From: an uncultured Chloroflexia bacterium
GTDB taxonomy: Bacteria > Chloroflexota > Limnocylindria > Limnocylindrales > CSP1-4
NCBI GenBank assembly: GCA_963810725.1
Contig: CAWEOO010000008.1
Coordinates: 57,081-121,080, forward strand
Direction: 5' to 3'
Length of the DNA stretch: 64,000 nucleotides
Shown here: positions 27,992 through 36,359 of the stretch, one piece after another
How the letters are laid out: each line of letters begins with the position of its first letter
Position numbering within the stretch: the stretch's first letter is position 1
Position numbers and translations under genes: made by a program
The notes under the pieces: model-generated
Told to the model about the DNA's origin: nothing
The model's database searches: none
The model's input: the letters and a program-made list of their open reading frames with translations, nothing else

Positions 27992-29078
27992 ATGGATACT
28001 GACGCTCACAACGGCCACGGAGCCGGCGCCGCCGGCCAGCCTGGCCTCCGGTCTCGCGATGCGACGTTGGAGGCGCAGCGAACCATCAACGTCGACCAGG
28101 CGTCGGCCGATGCCGACCAGTCGTCCGCCGATTCCGACCAGACCGCATCGGACAGCGATCAGGCCGCCTCGACGGCCGATGACGCGAGCTCGAACCTGGA
28201 CCAGGTCGCCTCCGACCGCGACCAGGCGATGGCAGATCGCGATCACGCGTCCGAAGCCCACCACACCGACGCCGACGAACGCGCCTACGACACGTCCCGT
28301 GGCGAACGCGAGGCGACCACCGTGGAGCGCCTCGGTAGCCGGATGCGACGGGCCCAGACGGCGGCGGAGCGCGACCTGACGGCCGTGGACCGGGATCGCA
28401 TCGCAGACGCGCGCGACAAGGCCGGACGCGAACGCGATGCGCTCGCCGCTGCGCTGGTCAAGGCCGCGTCGGGACCCGAGCTCACGCTGGAGCAGCAGCT
28501 CGATTTCGTGCGTGCACAGGCGGCGGCCGATCGGGCGCGCGCCGCCGCGGATCGCGAGCGCGCGGCGCTGGATCGCGCGAACGCGGCTCGCGAACGGGCC
28601 CGCCTCGAGGCGGAGCTGCAATCGGCTCACCTCGATGAACTGACCGGCTGCTACCGGCGCGAGATGGGTCGGCTGGCACTCTCGCACGAGATCGACCGCG
28701 CGCGCCGATCGGACGGGCGGTTCGTCCTCGCGTTCGTCGACGTCGACGACCTCAAGGTCGTCAACGACCGCGATGGCCACGCGGCCGGCGACCGCGCGCT
28801 GCAGGCCGTGGTTCGCGAGATCCGCTCGAGGCTTCGCTCGTTCGACCCGATCATCCGCTACGGTGGAGATGAGTTCGTCTGTGGTCTTGGCGGGACCGAC
28901 CTGGCGGAGGCGGCTCGGCGGTTCGATACGATCTCCGCCGCCGATCGAAGCCGACGTCCACGTCGGGCTCAGCGTCGGGTTGGCCGCGCTCACGGCGGAC
29001 GAGACGCTGGACCAGCTGACCGAGCGGGCGGACGAGGCGATGCTCAAGGTCAAGGGCCGGCACCGGGCCCGGACCTAG
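27992..29078 (+). pseudogene. Diguanylate cyclase (coiled-coil N-terminus + GGDEF), apparent +1 frameshift near 3' end
   Basis: ATG 27992 (MDTDAHNG...), a DQ-heptad/coiled-coil region, then GGDEF (FVDVDDLKVVNDRDGHAAGD...RYGGDEFVCGL). The frame changes at about 28935-28945 (tccgccgccGatcgaa). After that the expected end IEADVHVGLSVGLAALTADETLDQLTERADEAMLKVKGRHRART is read to the stop at 29078. Confidence 0.75.
28094..28261 (+). repeat. Eight imperfect tandem 21-bp (heptad) repeats encoding DQxxxDx
   Basis: DQASADA DQSSADS DQTASDS DQAASTA DDASSNL DQVASDR DQAMADR DHASEAH, read directly from gaccaggcgtcggccgatgcc gaccagtcgtccgccgattcc and onward. Confidence 0.7.
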
Positions 29079-29127
29079 ATGCCTTCGTCAGCGCGGTCAG
29101 CGCGAGCGTCCCGGAGACGGTTCCGGG

Positions 29128-30849
29128 TCAGCGTCGCGGCGGCGCGCAGTCCTCGCCGGCACCCCGGGCGGCGTTCCATAGCCCTCGCCGAGCCCCTTCG
29201 AGACGATCGAGCCCGGCCATCGCCGACGTCTCGACCTCCCGCCCGACGCGATCACGAACGTCCTGGGCGAGGGCCCGCGCCCAGCGCCGCCCGAGCCATC
29301 CGGCGTGGGCACCGAGCATCCGCGCGATCAGGTAGCCCGCCAGCAGGGCCGCGACGAGGACGATGAACGGCATCGGCAGCTGGCCGAGCCCGGGGACGGT
29401 GACCGAATCGACGGGGAACTTCACAAGGACCCACAACACGACCCAGACACCAGCGAAGACGAGCGCCAGCGTGGCAGCGGTCTGGAGCAGCCCGATGACC
29501 GGCCAGACACGACTCGAGGGCACGTCGGCGCCACGCGCGGCGATGGCGCGGTCCACGGCCCGGGCGAGGTTGTTGCCGAGGGAACTCGGCTCCATGCTCG
29601 TGGCGAGCGAGGCACGGACCATCGGTGGCGCTTCACGGAGCGGCGCGTCGACGGCGCCACGCAGGACCTCCATGGCCGGTGCGAGGGAGCCACGCTCCCG
29701 CCAGCGCGTCAGGAATGCCCCCGGATCGGCGACCCGCGCCTGACGCCCCGACCAGCGGTAGATCCGCGACGTGATGCCGGCCAGCGGCCCGGCGCCCTTG
29801 GAACGGGCGCGGGCACGCGTCGCCGCCACGGCCTGACGCTCGGCGGTGGGCAGGTCCATCACCCGCAGCACCTCGTCCGTGACACGGTCGCTCGTGGCCC
29901 GCCGCGTCGCGCCGTCGACGAACGGCTTGGCCCGCGCGGTCGAGTCCACGCCCGCTGCCCGAGCGAGCGCGGTCACCGCGGCGGCGATCCTGGTGACCAC
30001 GTGCGCGCGGACGAGGCGCTTGGCCTCGACGGCCTCGGCCAGCCACGCGCGCAAGGGCTCGATCCCGGCGGATCCCGCCTCGCGCGCGGAGGTCGGGAGG
30101 ACGCGGACCAGCGAGCCACGAGCCCCGCGTCCAGCCTTCAACGCGAGGTCACGCTCGAGGTCTTGCCGGACCCGGGCGCCGTCGTCGACAGAGAGGCGGT
30201 CGGTCTTGTTGAGCACGACCACCTGGCGGTCCAGCCGGGGCAGCCACTTCGCGAGGAAATCGTCGTGGAGGATGGCGTCGTGGTACTTCTCAGGATCCGT
30301 GACCCAGACGACCGCATCGACGCGCGGAAGGATGGCCTCGACCCGTTCGCGGTGCTCCAGCTCGACCGAATCGAGATCCGGCAGGTCCAGGATCGCCACG
30401 TTGCCCGGCGCGTCCTGATCGTGATCGCGGACCTCCTCGTCGGGGATGCCGAGCCAGCCGAGGAGACCGCCCAGGTCCGGGCGGCTCGATCGCGGCACCC
30501 AGGCAAGCGGCTGGGCCGTCGTCGGACGGCGGGCCGAGGCGTTGCTCACGGGCGACCCGGCGAGCGCGTTGAGCAGGCTGGACTTGCCGACGCCCGTCCC
30601 CCCGACCAGGGCCAGCACGTACGTCTCCGCCGGGAACCCCAGGCGCCCCGCGACCTCCCGCGCGACCGCCTGGGCGTCAGCGGTGGGGACGCCCAGCAGG
30701 GTGGCAGCGGCGATGGCCTCGTCGAGTCGCCGTAGGCAGCCGCCGATCCCGTGATCGCCGAGCGATGGGCCGGCCCAGTCGGGCAGCGCGGCCGCGGAGG
30801 GGCTCGAAACCTCGCCGGCGGTCGTCGGGATCGGCTCGGCGACGCTCAT
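29128..30849 (-). CDS. Dynamin-like / HSR1-type GTPase with C-terminal transmembrane hairpin (second gene of pair)
   Basis: 573 aa. The P-loop is LVGGTGVGKSSLLNAL, G3 is ILDLPDLDS and G4 is VLNKTD. A long helical region is followed by two TMS (VWPVIGLLQTAATLALVFAGVWVVLWVLV and MPFIVLVAALLAGYLIARML). The start overlaps the upstream gene by 4 nt. Confidence 0.75.
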   Translation of the reverse strand: MSVAEPIPTTAGEVSSPSAAALPDWAGPSLGDHGIGGCLRRLDEAIAAATLLGVPTADAQAVAREVAGRLGFPAETYVLALVGGTGVGKSSLLNALAGSPVSNASARRPTTAQPLAWVPRSSRPDLGGLLGWLGIPDEEVRDHDQDAPGNVAILDLPDLDSVELEHRERVEAILPRVDAVVWVTDPEKYHDAILHDDFLAKWLPRLDRQVVVLNKTDRLSVDDGARVRQDLERDLALKAGRGARGSLVRVLPTSAREAGSAGIEPLRAWLAEAVEAKRLVRAHVVTRIAAAVTALARAAGVDSTARAKPFVDGATRRATSDRVTDEVLRVMDLPTAERQAVAATRARARSKGAGPLAGITSRIYRWSGRQARVADPGAFLTRWRERGSLAPAMEVLRGAVDAPLREAPPMVRASLATSMEPSSLGNNLARAVDRAIAARGADVPSSRVWPVIGLLQTAATLALVFAGVWVVLWVLVKFPVDSVTVPGLGQLPMPFIVLVAALLAGYLIARMLGAHAGWLGRRWARALAQDVRDRVGREVETSAMAGLDRLEGARRGLWNAARGAGEDCAPPRR

Positions 30850-32697
30850 CCCTGGCTGGGTGCCGTGGCGTCGACTCCCTCGACGCCCACGGTCCCGGTC
30901 GGGGCCGTGTCGTCGGTGGCGTCATCGGCCCTTCCCCGAAACAGCCCGAGCGCGTCCATGGGGACGACGGCCGGCAGCCGGCGTGTCTCGTCGGCCGCCT
31001 CGCGCAGGTCGGCAGCCAGCACCTCGAGGTCCTCGGGGACGGGTGCCAGGGCGTCGAACCGACGGCGCTCCTCGTCGAAGGTCGCGACGAGCGCATCGTC
31101 GAGCCGCTGCCGGGCCCTGGCGATCAGCTCGACCATCGCCGCCTCGCCGAAGAGAGCGCCCAGCAGCTTCTGGTTGACGAACGCGGTCGCCGCCGCCACG
31201 CCGACTTCGGTCCCGGTCAGCCCGGCCGTGTGGATGAACGTCGCGAGCATCACGCCGACGCCCACCGCATTGACCCCGATCGACGCGCCGCGGGCCAGGC
31301 GCCGCTTGCCCTCCCCCGTCTCGGCGATGTCGGTTCCGATCGACGCGATCCACTCGTCCAGCCGGGTCCGAAGGCGCGCATCGAAGCCGGCCGACGGGCC
31401 CCACAGCGTCGGATCCGCAGCCACCGCATCCGCGACGGAGCGATCTTCCGACCAGGCCGACGCGGTGCGGCGCGCGGCCTCGGCCGCGTGGATACGGGCC
31501 ACCGCGACAAGGTCGTCGGTCGTGGCTTCGCGGATCTCGGCGACCGGCGCCTTCGTCGGGCGGAAGATGCTGGCGATCGCGCCACGGACCGCACCGATCC
31601 CCCGGGAGAAGATCCGCGTGATGTCGTCCGCGCCGACGTAGTCCTGCCAGTGGCGAAGGGCTTCCTCGCGCAGGAAGGTGCCGTGGCTGACCGCGTCGCG
31701 GACCTGGGCGAGGCCGCGTTCGAACTGGATGGCCGCGATCCGATGATCGGCCGCGGCGTCGATCGCCTCGTGGGCCGCGTCGTCGGCGATCTGCTCGATC
31801 AGCGGGCCGAGCCCCGCCAGGGAACCGGCCAGCGCGCGTGCGGCAAGCTCGAGGCGGGCCTCGCGGTCGGCGCGCAGGTGGTCGATCCGTGCCGTCACGG
31901 GCGCGACGGCCGCCGCCAGGAGAGCCTCCCGAGCAGGTTCGACCTCGCCTTCGGTCACACCGACGACCTCCAGGGCCGCCGCTCCGCCGTTCCCCGGTCG
32001 CCGATCCACCCAGGCCCGCCTCCGCGAACAGGCGAGCGACGTCCTCGAGCACTTCCCGACGGTCGTCTGCCTCGGCCGGCAGGCGGTTCACGACCACGAC
32101 GAGCGGCAGGCCACGCTCGCGGACCCGTCCGAGGACCAGCCACGGAACTCGGTCGGCATAGCGAGTCGCGGTCGTCACGAACAGGCACAGGTCGGCAGCT
32201 TCGACCAGCCGGTCCGCCAGCTCCCGATTGGCGTGCTCCACGCTATCGATGTCGGGGGCATCGACGAGGGCGAGTCCGGGCGCAACGTTCGGATCGGTCT
32301 CGATCCGGAGGCGCCCGGGCTCGATGCGGGCGAGCGTGCCCGAGCGGAGCGCCCCCGCGTCGTCGGGATTGGCGAGGACGATGGCGGTTCGCGTCGTCGG
32401 CCGGAGGACGCCGGTCGGGCTGGCGGCCCGGCCGGCGATCGTGTTGAAGAGCGTGCTCTTGCCGGCTCCCGTCGGGCCGAGCAGGAGCACGACCAAGGGC
32501 GCGTCAAGGCTGCGGGCGCGAACCCGGACATGGCCCGCGAGGTGGTCGCGCAGCCGTGCCGCACGGGTCCGTGCGGCATCGGACCCGGAGGGCAGCGCGA
32601 TGCGGCGGCCGGCGAGCGTCTCGAGCCGGTCGACGAGCTCTCGGAGGCCTGCGGCGGGTACGACCGCCTCAGCCTGGGCGCGGTCCTGCACCTTCAC
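30846..32697 (-). pseudogene. Dynamin-like / HSR1-type GTPase (first gene of pair), apparent +1 frameshift
   Basis: GTG 32697 has GGGAG upstream. The P-loop is LLGPTGAGKSTLFNTI, G3 is LVDAPDIDS and G4 is VVNRLP, in the frame of the 591-aa ORF down to about 32015. The helical and membrane-paddle part (GVNAVGVGVMLATFIHTAGLTGTEVGVAAATAFVNQKLLGALFG) is in the frame of the 387-aa ORF. The junction is near a G4/C4 run at 31992-31995. Total length is 1852 nt (3n+1). Confidence 0.7.
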
Positions 32698-32950
32698 AGG
32701 GTCGCTCCCGGGCTCCGTGCGGGCACCGCAGAAGGACCCACCGCTCTATCGGTTCCGTTGCAGACCAGGGTCATCGCATCGCCCGGCCGATTGACGTAGT
32801 GGGACAGGACATCCGTCGACAAGTTGCCCCCCGAGCCCCCCGTGGTTGAAGGAACGGTCGCCTGACTCGCTCGTACGTGGTGAACCGGCGAATCCGCCGG
32901 GTGATTGGACAGGGCATCTCACGCCCCCGGATCTAAAGGAACTTCTACCG

Positions 32951-33604
32951 ATGACGACCCGATCGCTGGATCGCCGGAACCGATCCAACCAGATTTCCCT
33001 CCTCGTGTCCATCGCGGCCGGCACGATCCTCGCCGCGCTGATCGTCTTCACGGCCTTCGGGCGTGGCGGGGGTGCGGACGACCCCGTCCTGCCACCGGTC
33101 GCGAGCCCGAGCCCCTCGGCACCGAGCACGCCGGTCCCCGCGCCGGACGAAACGCCCGAGCCCACGCCGGTCCCGGCACCGGACGAGACGCCCGCCCCGA
33201 CCCCGGACCCGGACGCCGGCCCCGACGCCATGCCGTTCAGGGTCGACCTCCGAAACGCGACGGGCGCCGACGTGTACGTCGATATCGTCGACAGCACCGG
33301 TCGGCTCGTCGAGGCGCGGTCGGGAACGCCAGGCGACGGCATGTCGGTCGAAGGACTCGTGGCCGAGAACGTCGACGCGACCACGCTGAAGCTGACGTGG
33401 ACCGATTTCCCGATCGATAACGCGCTGGCGCTCTACGTCGATGAGCACGAGGGTGGCATCCGCCTCCTCCTCGTCCAGCCCGGGCCGACCGGGACCACCG
33501 ACGCGATGGGGTTCGATCGCGAGCTCATCCTGTCGTTCTCGGAGCCGATCTCGGCCGATCAGGTCGAGACGGTCCTCGTGGAAGGCCTGGACACGCCAGC
33601 CTGA
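32951..33604 (+). CDS. Membrane-anchored protein with Pro/Thr-rich linker, unknown function
   Basis: The internal ATG 32951 has AAAGGAA upstream. It has one TMS (ISLLVSIAAGTILAALIVFTAF), a PT-rich linker (PVPAPDETPEPTPVPAPDETPAPTPDP) and a globular domain of about 120 aa. Confidence 0.55.
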   Translation: MTTRSLDRRNRSNQISLLVSIAAGTILAALIVFTAFGRGGGADDPVLPPVASPSPSAPSTPVPAPDETPEPTPVPAPDETPAPTPDPDAGPDAMPFRVDLRNATGADVYVDIVDSTGRLVEARSGTPGDGMSVEGLVAENVDATTLKLTWTDFPIDNALALYVDEHEGGIRLLLVQPGPTGTTDAMGFDRELILSFSEPISADQVETVLVEGLDTPA

Positions 33605-33629
33605 CCCCGGTCCTCGGGCGCCTACATCT

Positions 33630-33658
33630 GCCCGCTTCCGACCACGTTGGGAGCGGGC
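33630..33658. terminator. GC-rich hairpin between convergent genes
   Basis: gcccgcttcc-gaccacgtt-gggagcgggc forms a 10-bp stem with 1 mismatch. It lies between the stops at 33604 (+) and 33670 (-). Confidence 0.4.
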
Positions 33659-33669
33659 CGCGCGTTCGC

Positions 33670-34083
33670 TCAGATCGCCCGCATGCGGTTGTTCTTGGCG
33701 TCGTGCGTCACCTCGGCAAGCCCGAGGGCTTCGAGCAGCGGCGGCATGTACACGCCGAACCGACCGCGAAGACCCTTCTTGAGGCCGTACCAGCCGCCGA
33801 GCGGATTGTCCGCGGCGCGACCCCACGCCTCGACACTCCCCTCTGGCGCCGGCTTCTGCTCGTCGGCGCCACCGAGCGGCACCCAATCCCCGCTCGCCTT
33901 CAGCATCGCGTGGAGGTCGTCGATCGCCCGGGCGTCGTAGAGCAGCCGGGTCCCGCCGACCTGGCAGACGATCGCCGGCGGGTCGGCCGCGTCGTCGCGC
34001 CACATCTGGTACTCGGACGTTCCAGGCGGGGTCTTGAGCACCCACGGGGCGTCCTTGGTGCCGCTGCCGCTGAAGTTCGCCAT
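33670..34083 (-). CDS. Conserved hypothetical protein
   Basis: Start is ATG 34083 (MANFSGSGTKDAPWVLKTPPGTSEYQMWRD...GDWVPLGGADEQKPAPEGSVEAWGRAADNPLGGWYGLKKGLRGRFGVYMPPLLEALGLAEVTHDAKNNRMRAI). Composition is protein-like. I recall homologs in actinobacteria but no assigned function. Confidence 0.6.
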   Translation of the reverse strand: MANFSGSGTKDAPWVLKTPPGTSEYQMWRDDAADPPAIVCQVGGTRLLYDARAIDDLHAMLKASGDWVPLGGADEQKPAPEGSVEAWGRAADNPLGGWYGLKKGLRGRFGVYMPPLLEALGLAEVTHDAKNNRMRAI

Positions 34084-34157
34084 TGCCGGTGGCCTCCCCT
34101 CGGTGAGCGCGTCCTGTGGACGCCGCATGAGAGGCTATCAGGGGACCCGCCCCGGGG

Positions 34158-34700
34158 TCAGTCGAGCAGTCGCTCCGCAGCCCGCCGGGCGGTGATCGCG
34201 AATGCGCTGGTCTGGTGGGCGACAGCGAGCGTGATGGCGCCGGCGAGCAGTGCGTGCAGCTCCATCGCCCGCCGGTCCGCGTCCGGGTAGCCGGCCTCCA
34301 CGAGCAGCTTCCGCAGGTAGGCGCTGATCTCGGCGAGATAGTCGCGAACGACCGCCCAGGCCGGATGGGCCGGATCGGTGATCTCGATGGCGGTGTTCAG
34401 GTACGGGCAACCGCGGGATCCCTCAGTCGCGAGCCACCTGGTGACCGCCTCGAAGAACAGCAGGATCTCCGCGTTGGGATCGTCGGTCGGAATCGGCTGC
34501 GGCTGCTCGACGCGTCCGGGCTGGCCCTGACGGCGGGTGTTTCCGCGCTCGAGGCGCGGCAGCGGCGCTCGGAACAAGTTCCTCGTCGGGCCGCGGCGCG
34601 CGATGCCAGAGTGATGTCCCCCCGCCCAGGGGCCGGGTGACCACCAAGGACGGAGAGACACGACTGCCGCGTCCAGGACCCCAGATCGACGCAACAGCAC
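34158..34700 (-). pseudogene. TetR/AcrR-like regulator with disrupted or degenerate N-terminal HTH
   Basis: A clear TetR C-terminal domain is present (ILLFFEAVTRWLATEGSRGCPYLNTAIEITDPAHPAWAVVRDYLAEISAYLRKLL...LHALLAGAITLAVAH). HTH-like pieces occur in two different frames (VLDAAVVSL and GIARRGPTRNLF in one, GDITLAS in another). The 5' end overlaps the divergent gene start at 34637. Confidence 0.45.
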
Positions 34701-36316
34701 CCCATCGTCCCGATGGCGCCGCCGTCCTCATCGTGCAGGACGACCCCGACCTGCTGAGGGTCATGACGGACGCCCTTGCCCGCGCCGGGCTCCGAGCGGT
34801 CGCGGCCCGAGACGCTGACGCCGTCGAGCAGGCGCTCGCGGTCGAGCAGATCGGCTGCGTCGTCGCCGACCTCGGCGAGCCCGGCATGAACGGGATCGAT
34901 CTGGTCCGGGCGCTCCGCCTTCGTCCCGAGACCTCGACGATGCCGTTCATCCTGATGACAGGCTCCGAGGATGCCGAGGGCGTCATCGAGGCGCTCGACG
35001 CCGGCGCGGATGACTTCCTGCCCAAGCCCGTCCGGCTCGACGAGCTGGTCGCGCGCGTCAAGGCGCACCTCCGCACGCAGGCCGCCTGGACGCAGGTCGT
35101 CATCGCCGAGCTTCGCACGCGCGCGGTCGCGATCCGCGCGATCGGCCAATTGGCGCTCTCGAGCGTGCCGGAGGAGGCCGCCGAGGCCGTCGTCACGGAA
35201 CTCGCCCGGCGGATCGGTTCGGAGTTCGTCGGCGTGTACCGGCTCGTCGGGGAGGATCAGCTGGAGCCCATCGCGACCTGGAACACGAGCGAGGGCCTGA
35301 GCATCGGCGGCGACCCGTTGCCGCTCACCCGCAGCCGCTACCTCGTCGGCCGGGCGCGTGAAGGCCCCTGGGTCGAGCGGGTGGCCGGCCCGGAGCCCGG
35401 CGAGCCCACCAGTGCGTTCTGGGATGTCCATCCCGACATCGCCGCCGGTGTCCCAATCTTCGCCGGGGAGGACCTGGTCGGGATGCTGTCGATCGCCAGC
35501 GTCTTCGATGAGCGGACCGATTCCTTGTCCATGCTTCGGGCGAGGCTCCTCGCCAGCGCGATCGATTACGCCAGCGTGCTCGGGGTCGTCGCGGGCCCGG
35601 CCTTCGCCGATCGTCGGCAGTCGGCCAGGGAGAAGGCCGAGCTCCGTCGGGTGCTCACGGAGCGCAGGTTCTTCCCAGTGTTCCAGCCCATCGTGTCGCT
35701 CGGGACCAGAGAGGTCGTCGGCCACGAGGCGCTGACCCGGTTCATCGATGGGACCGAACCATCGATCCGCTTCGCGCGTGCCTCAGCCGTCGGCCTGGGC
35801 TTTGACTTCGAGCTCGCGACGATCGAGGCTGCCATCGGGGCCGCCCCGGCGGCGGGCGACGACGGGTTCCTGGCCGTCAATGTGTCACCGGGTCTCGTGG
35901 TCACCGCCGGCAAGCGGCTCAAGCGCGTCCTCACCCGGTACGGCGGACGGATCGTCCTCGAACTCACCGAACATGTCCCGATCCCGAACTACGACGAATT
36001 CCGCTGGGCTGTCGGACGGGTCGGCGATGTCGAGGTCGCCGTCGACGACGCCGGTGCGGGCTACGCCACCCTGCGCCACATCCTGGAGGTCGGACCCGAG
36101 TGGGTGAAGCTCGACATGACCCTCGTGCGCGGTGTCCACGAGGATCCCCTGCGACAGGCGCTCGTCGCCGGACTCACACATTTCGGCAAGCGCAGCGGGC
36201 AGCGGTTGATCGCGGAGGGCGTGGAACGGCAGGAGGAAGCGGACACGCTCCTCGAGCTCGGCGTCGAGTATGCCCAGGGCTATCTGTTCGGCGTTCCGAC
36301 GCGAGCCAGGGCCTGA
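34637..36316 (+). CDS. Response-regulator receiver, GAF, EAL protein (putative c-di-GMP phosphodiesterase)
   Basis: 559 aa. REC is VLIVQDDPDLLRVM...VVADLGEPGMNGIDLVRAL...DFLPKPVRLDEL. A GAF-like middle section follows. EAL-domain motifs are FQPIVSL, VLELTEHV, VDDAGAGYATLRHIL, KLDMTLVRG and AEGVE...GQGYLFG. Confidence 0.85.
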   Translation: MTTKDGETRLPRPGPQIDATAPHRPDGAAVLIVQDDPDLLRVMTDALARAGLRAVAARDADAVEQALAVEQIGCVVADLGEPGMNGIDLVRALRLRPETSTMPFILMTGSEDAEGVIEALDAGADDFLPKPVRLDELVARVKAHLRTQAAWTQVVIAELRTRAVAIRAIGQLALSSVPEEAAEAVVTELARRIGSEFVGVYRLVGEDQLEPIATWNTSEGLSIGGDPLPLTRSRYLVGRAREGPWVERVAGPEPGEPTSAFWDVHPDIAAGVPIFAGEDLVGMLSIASVFDERTDSLSMLRARLLASAIDYASVLGVVAGPAFADRRQSAREKAELRRVLTERRFFPVFQPIVSLGTREVVGHEALTRFIDGTEPSIRFARASAVGLGFDFELATIEAAIGAAPAAGDDGFLAVNVSPGLVVTAGKRLKRVLTRYGGRIVLELTEHVPIPNYDEFRWAVGRVGDVEVAVDDAGAGYATLRHILEVGPEWVKLDMTLVRGVHEDPLRQALVAGLTHFGKRSGQRLIAEGVERQEEADTLLELGVEYAQGYLFGVPTRARA

Positions 36317-36359
36317 CAGCAGTTCGCCCCGGACGCCCTGTCCGGGTTTGCCGTGCGGG

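Noticed and set aside
25487-29335. 1282-aa plus-strand ORF, the longest in the track
   Set aside because: From 25487 to about 27850 it is antisense to the well-supported GAF-GGDEF-EAL gene. Its translation there is Arg/Gly/Asp/Pro-rich with no recognisable motifs. Only the part from ATG 27992 onward (the GGDEF protein) is real, and the tail after about 28940 is out of frame.
32698-32950. 253-bp intergenic region upstream of the membrane-anchored PT-rich protein and the GTPase operon, examined for a riboswitch (c-di-GMP or other) or small RNA
   Set aside because: I saw only a short hairpin (CCGGCG-aatc-CGCCGG at about 32894-32909) and no motif I can match to a known riboswitch class by eye. 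It is most simply a divergent promoter region. A covariance-model scan (Rfam) would be needed to say more.
33100-33215. Approximately 33-bp duplication (ccggtccccgcgccggacgaaacgcccgagcccacg / ccggtcccggcaccggacgagacgcccgccccgacc)
   Set aside because: It encodes a low-complexity PVPAPDETPxPTP linker inside a CDS. This is typical slippage in Pro/Thr linkers and not an independent element.
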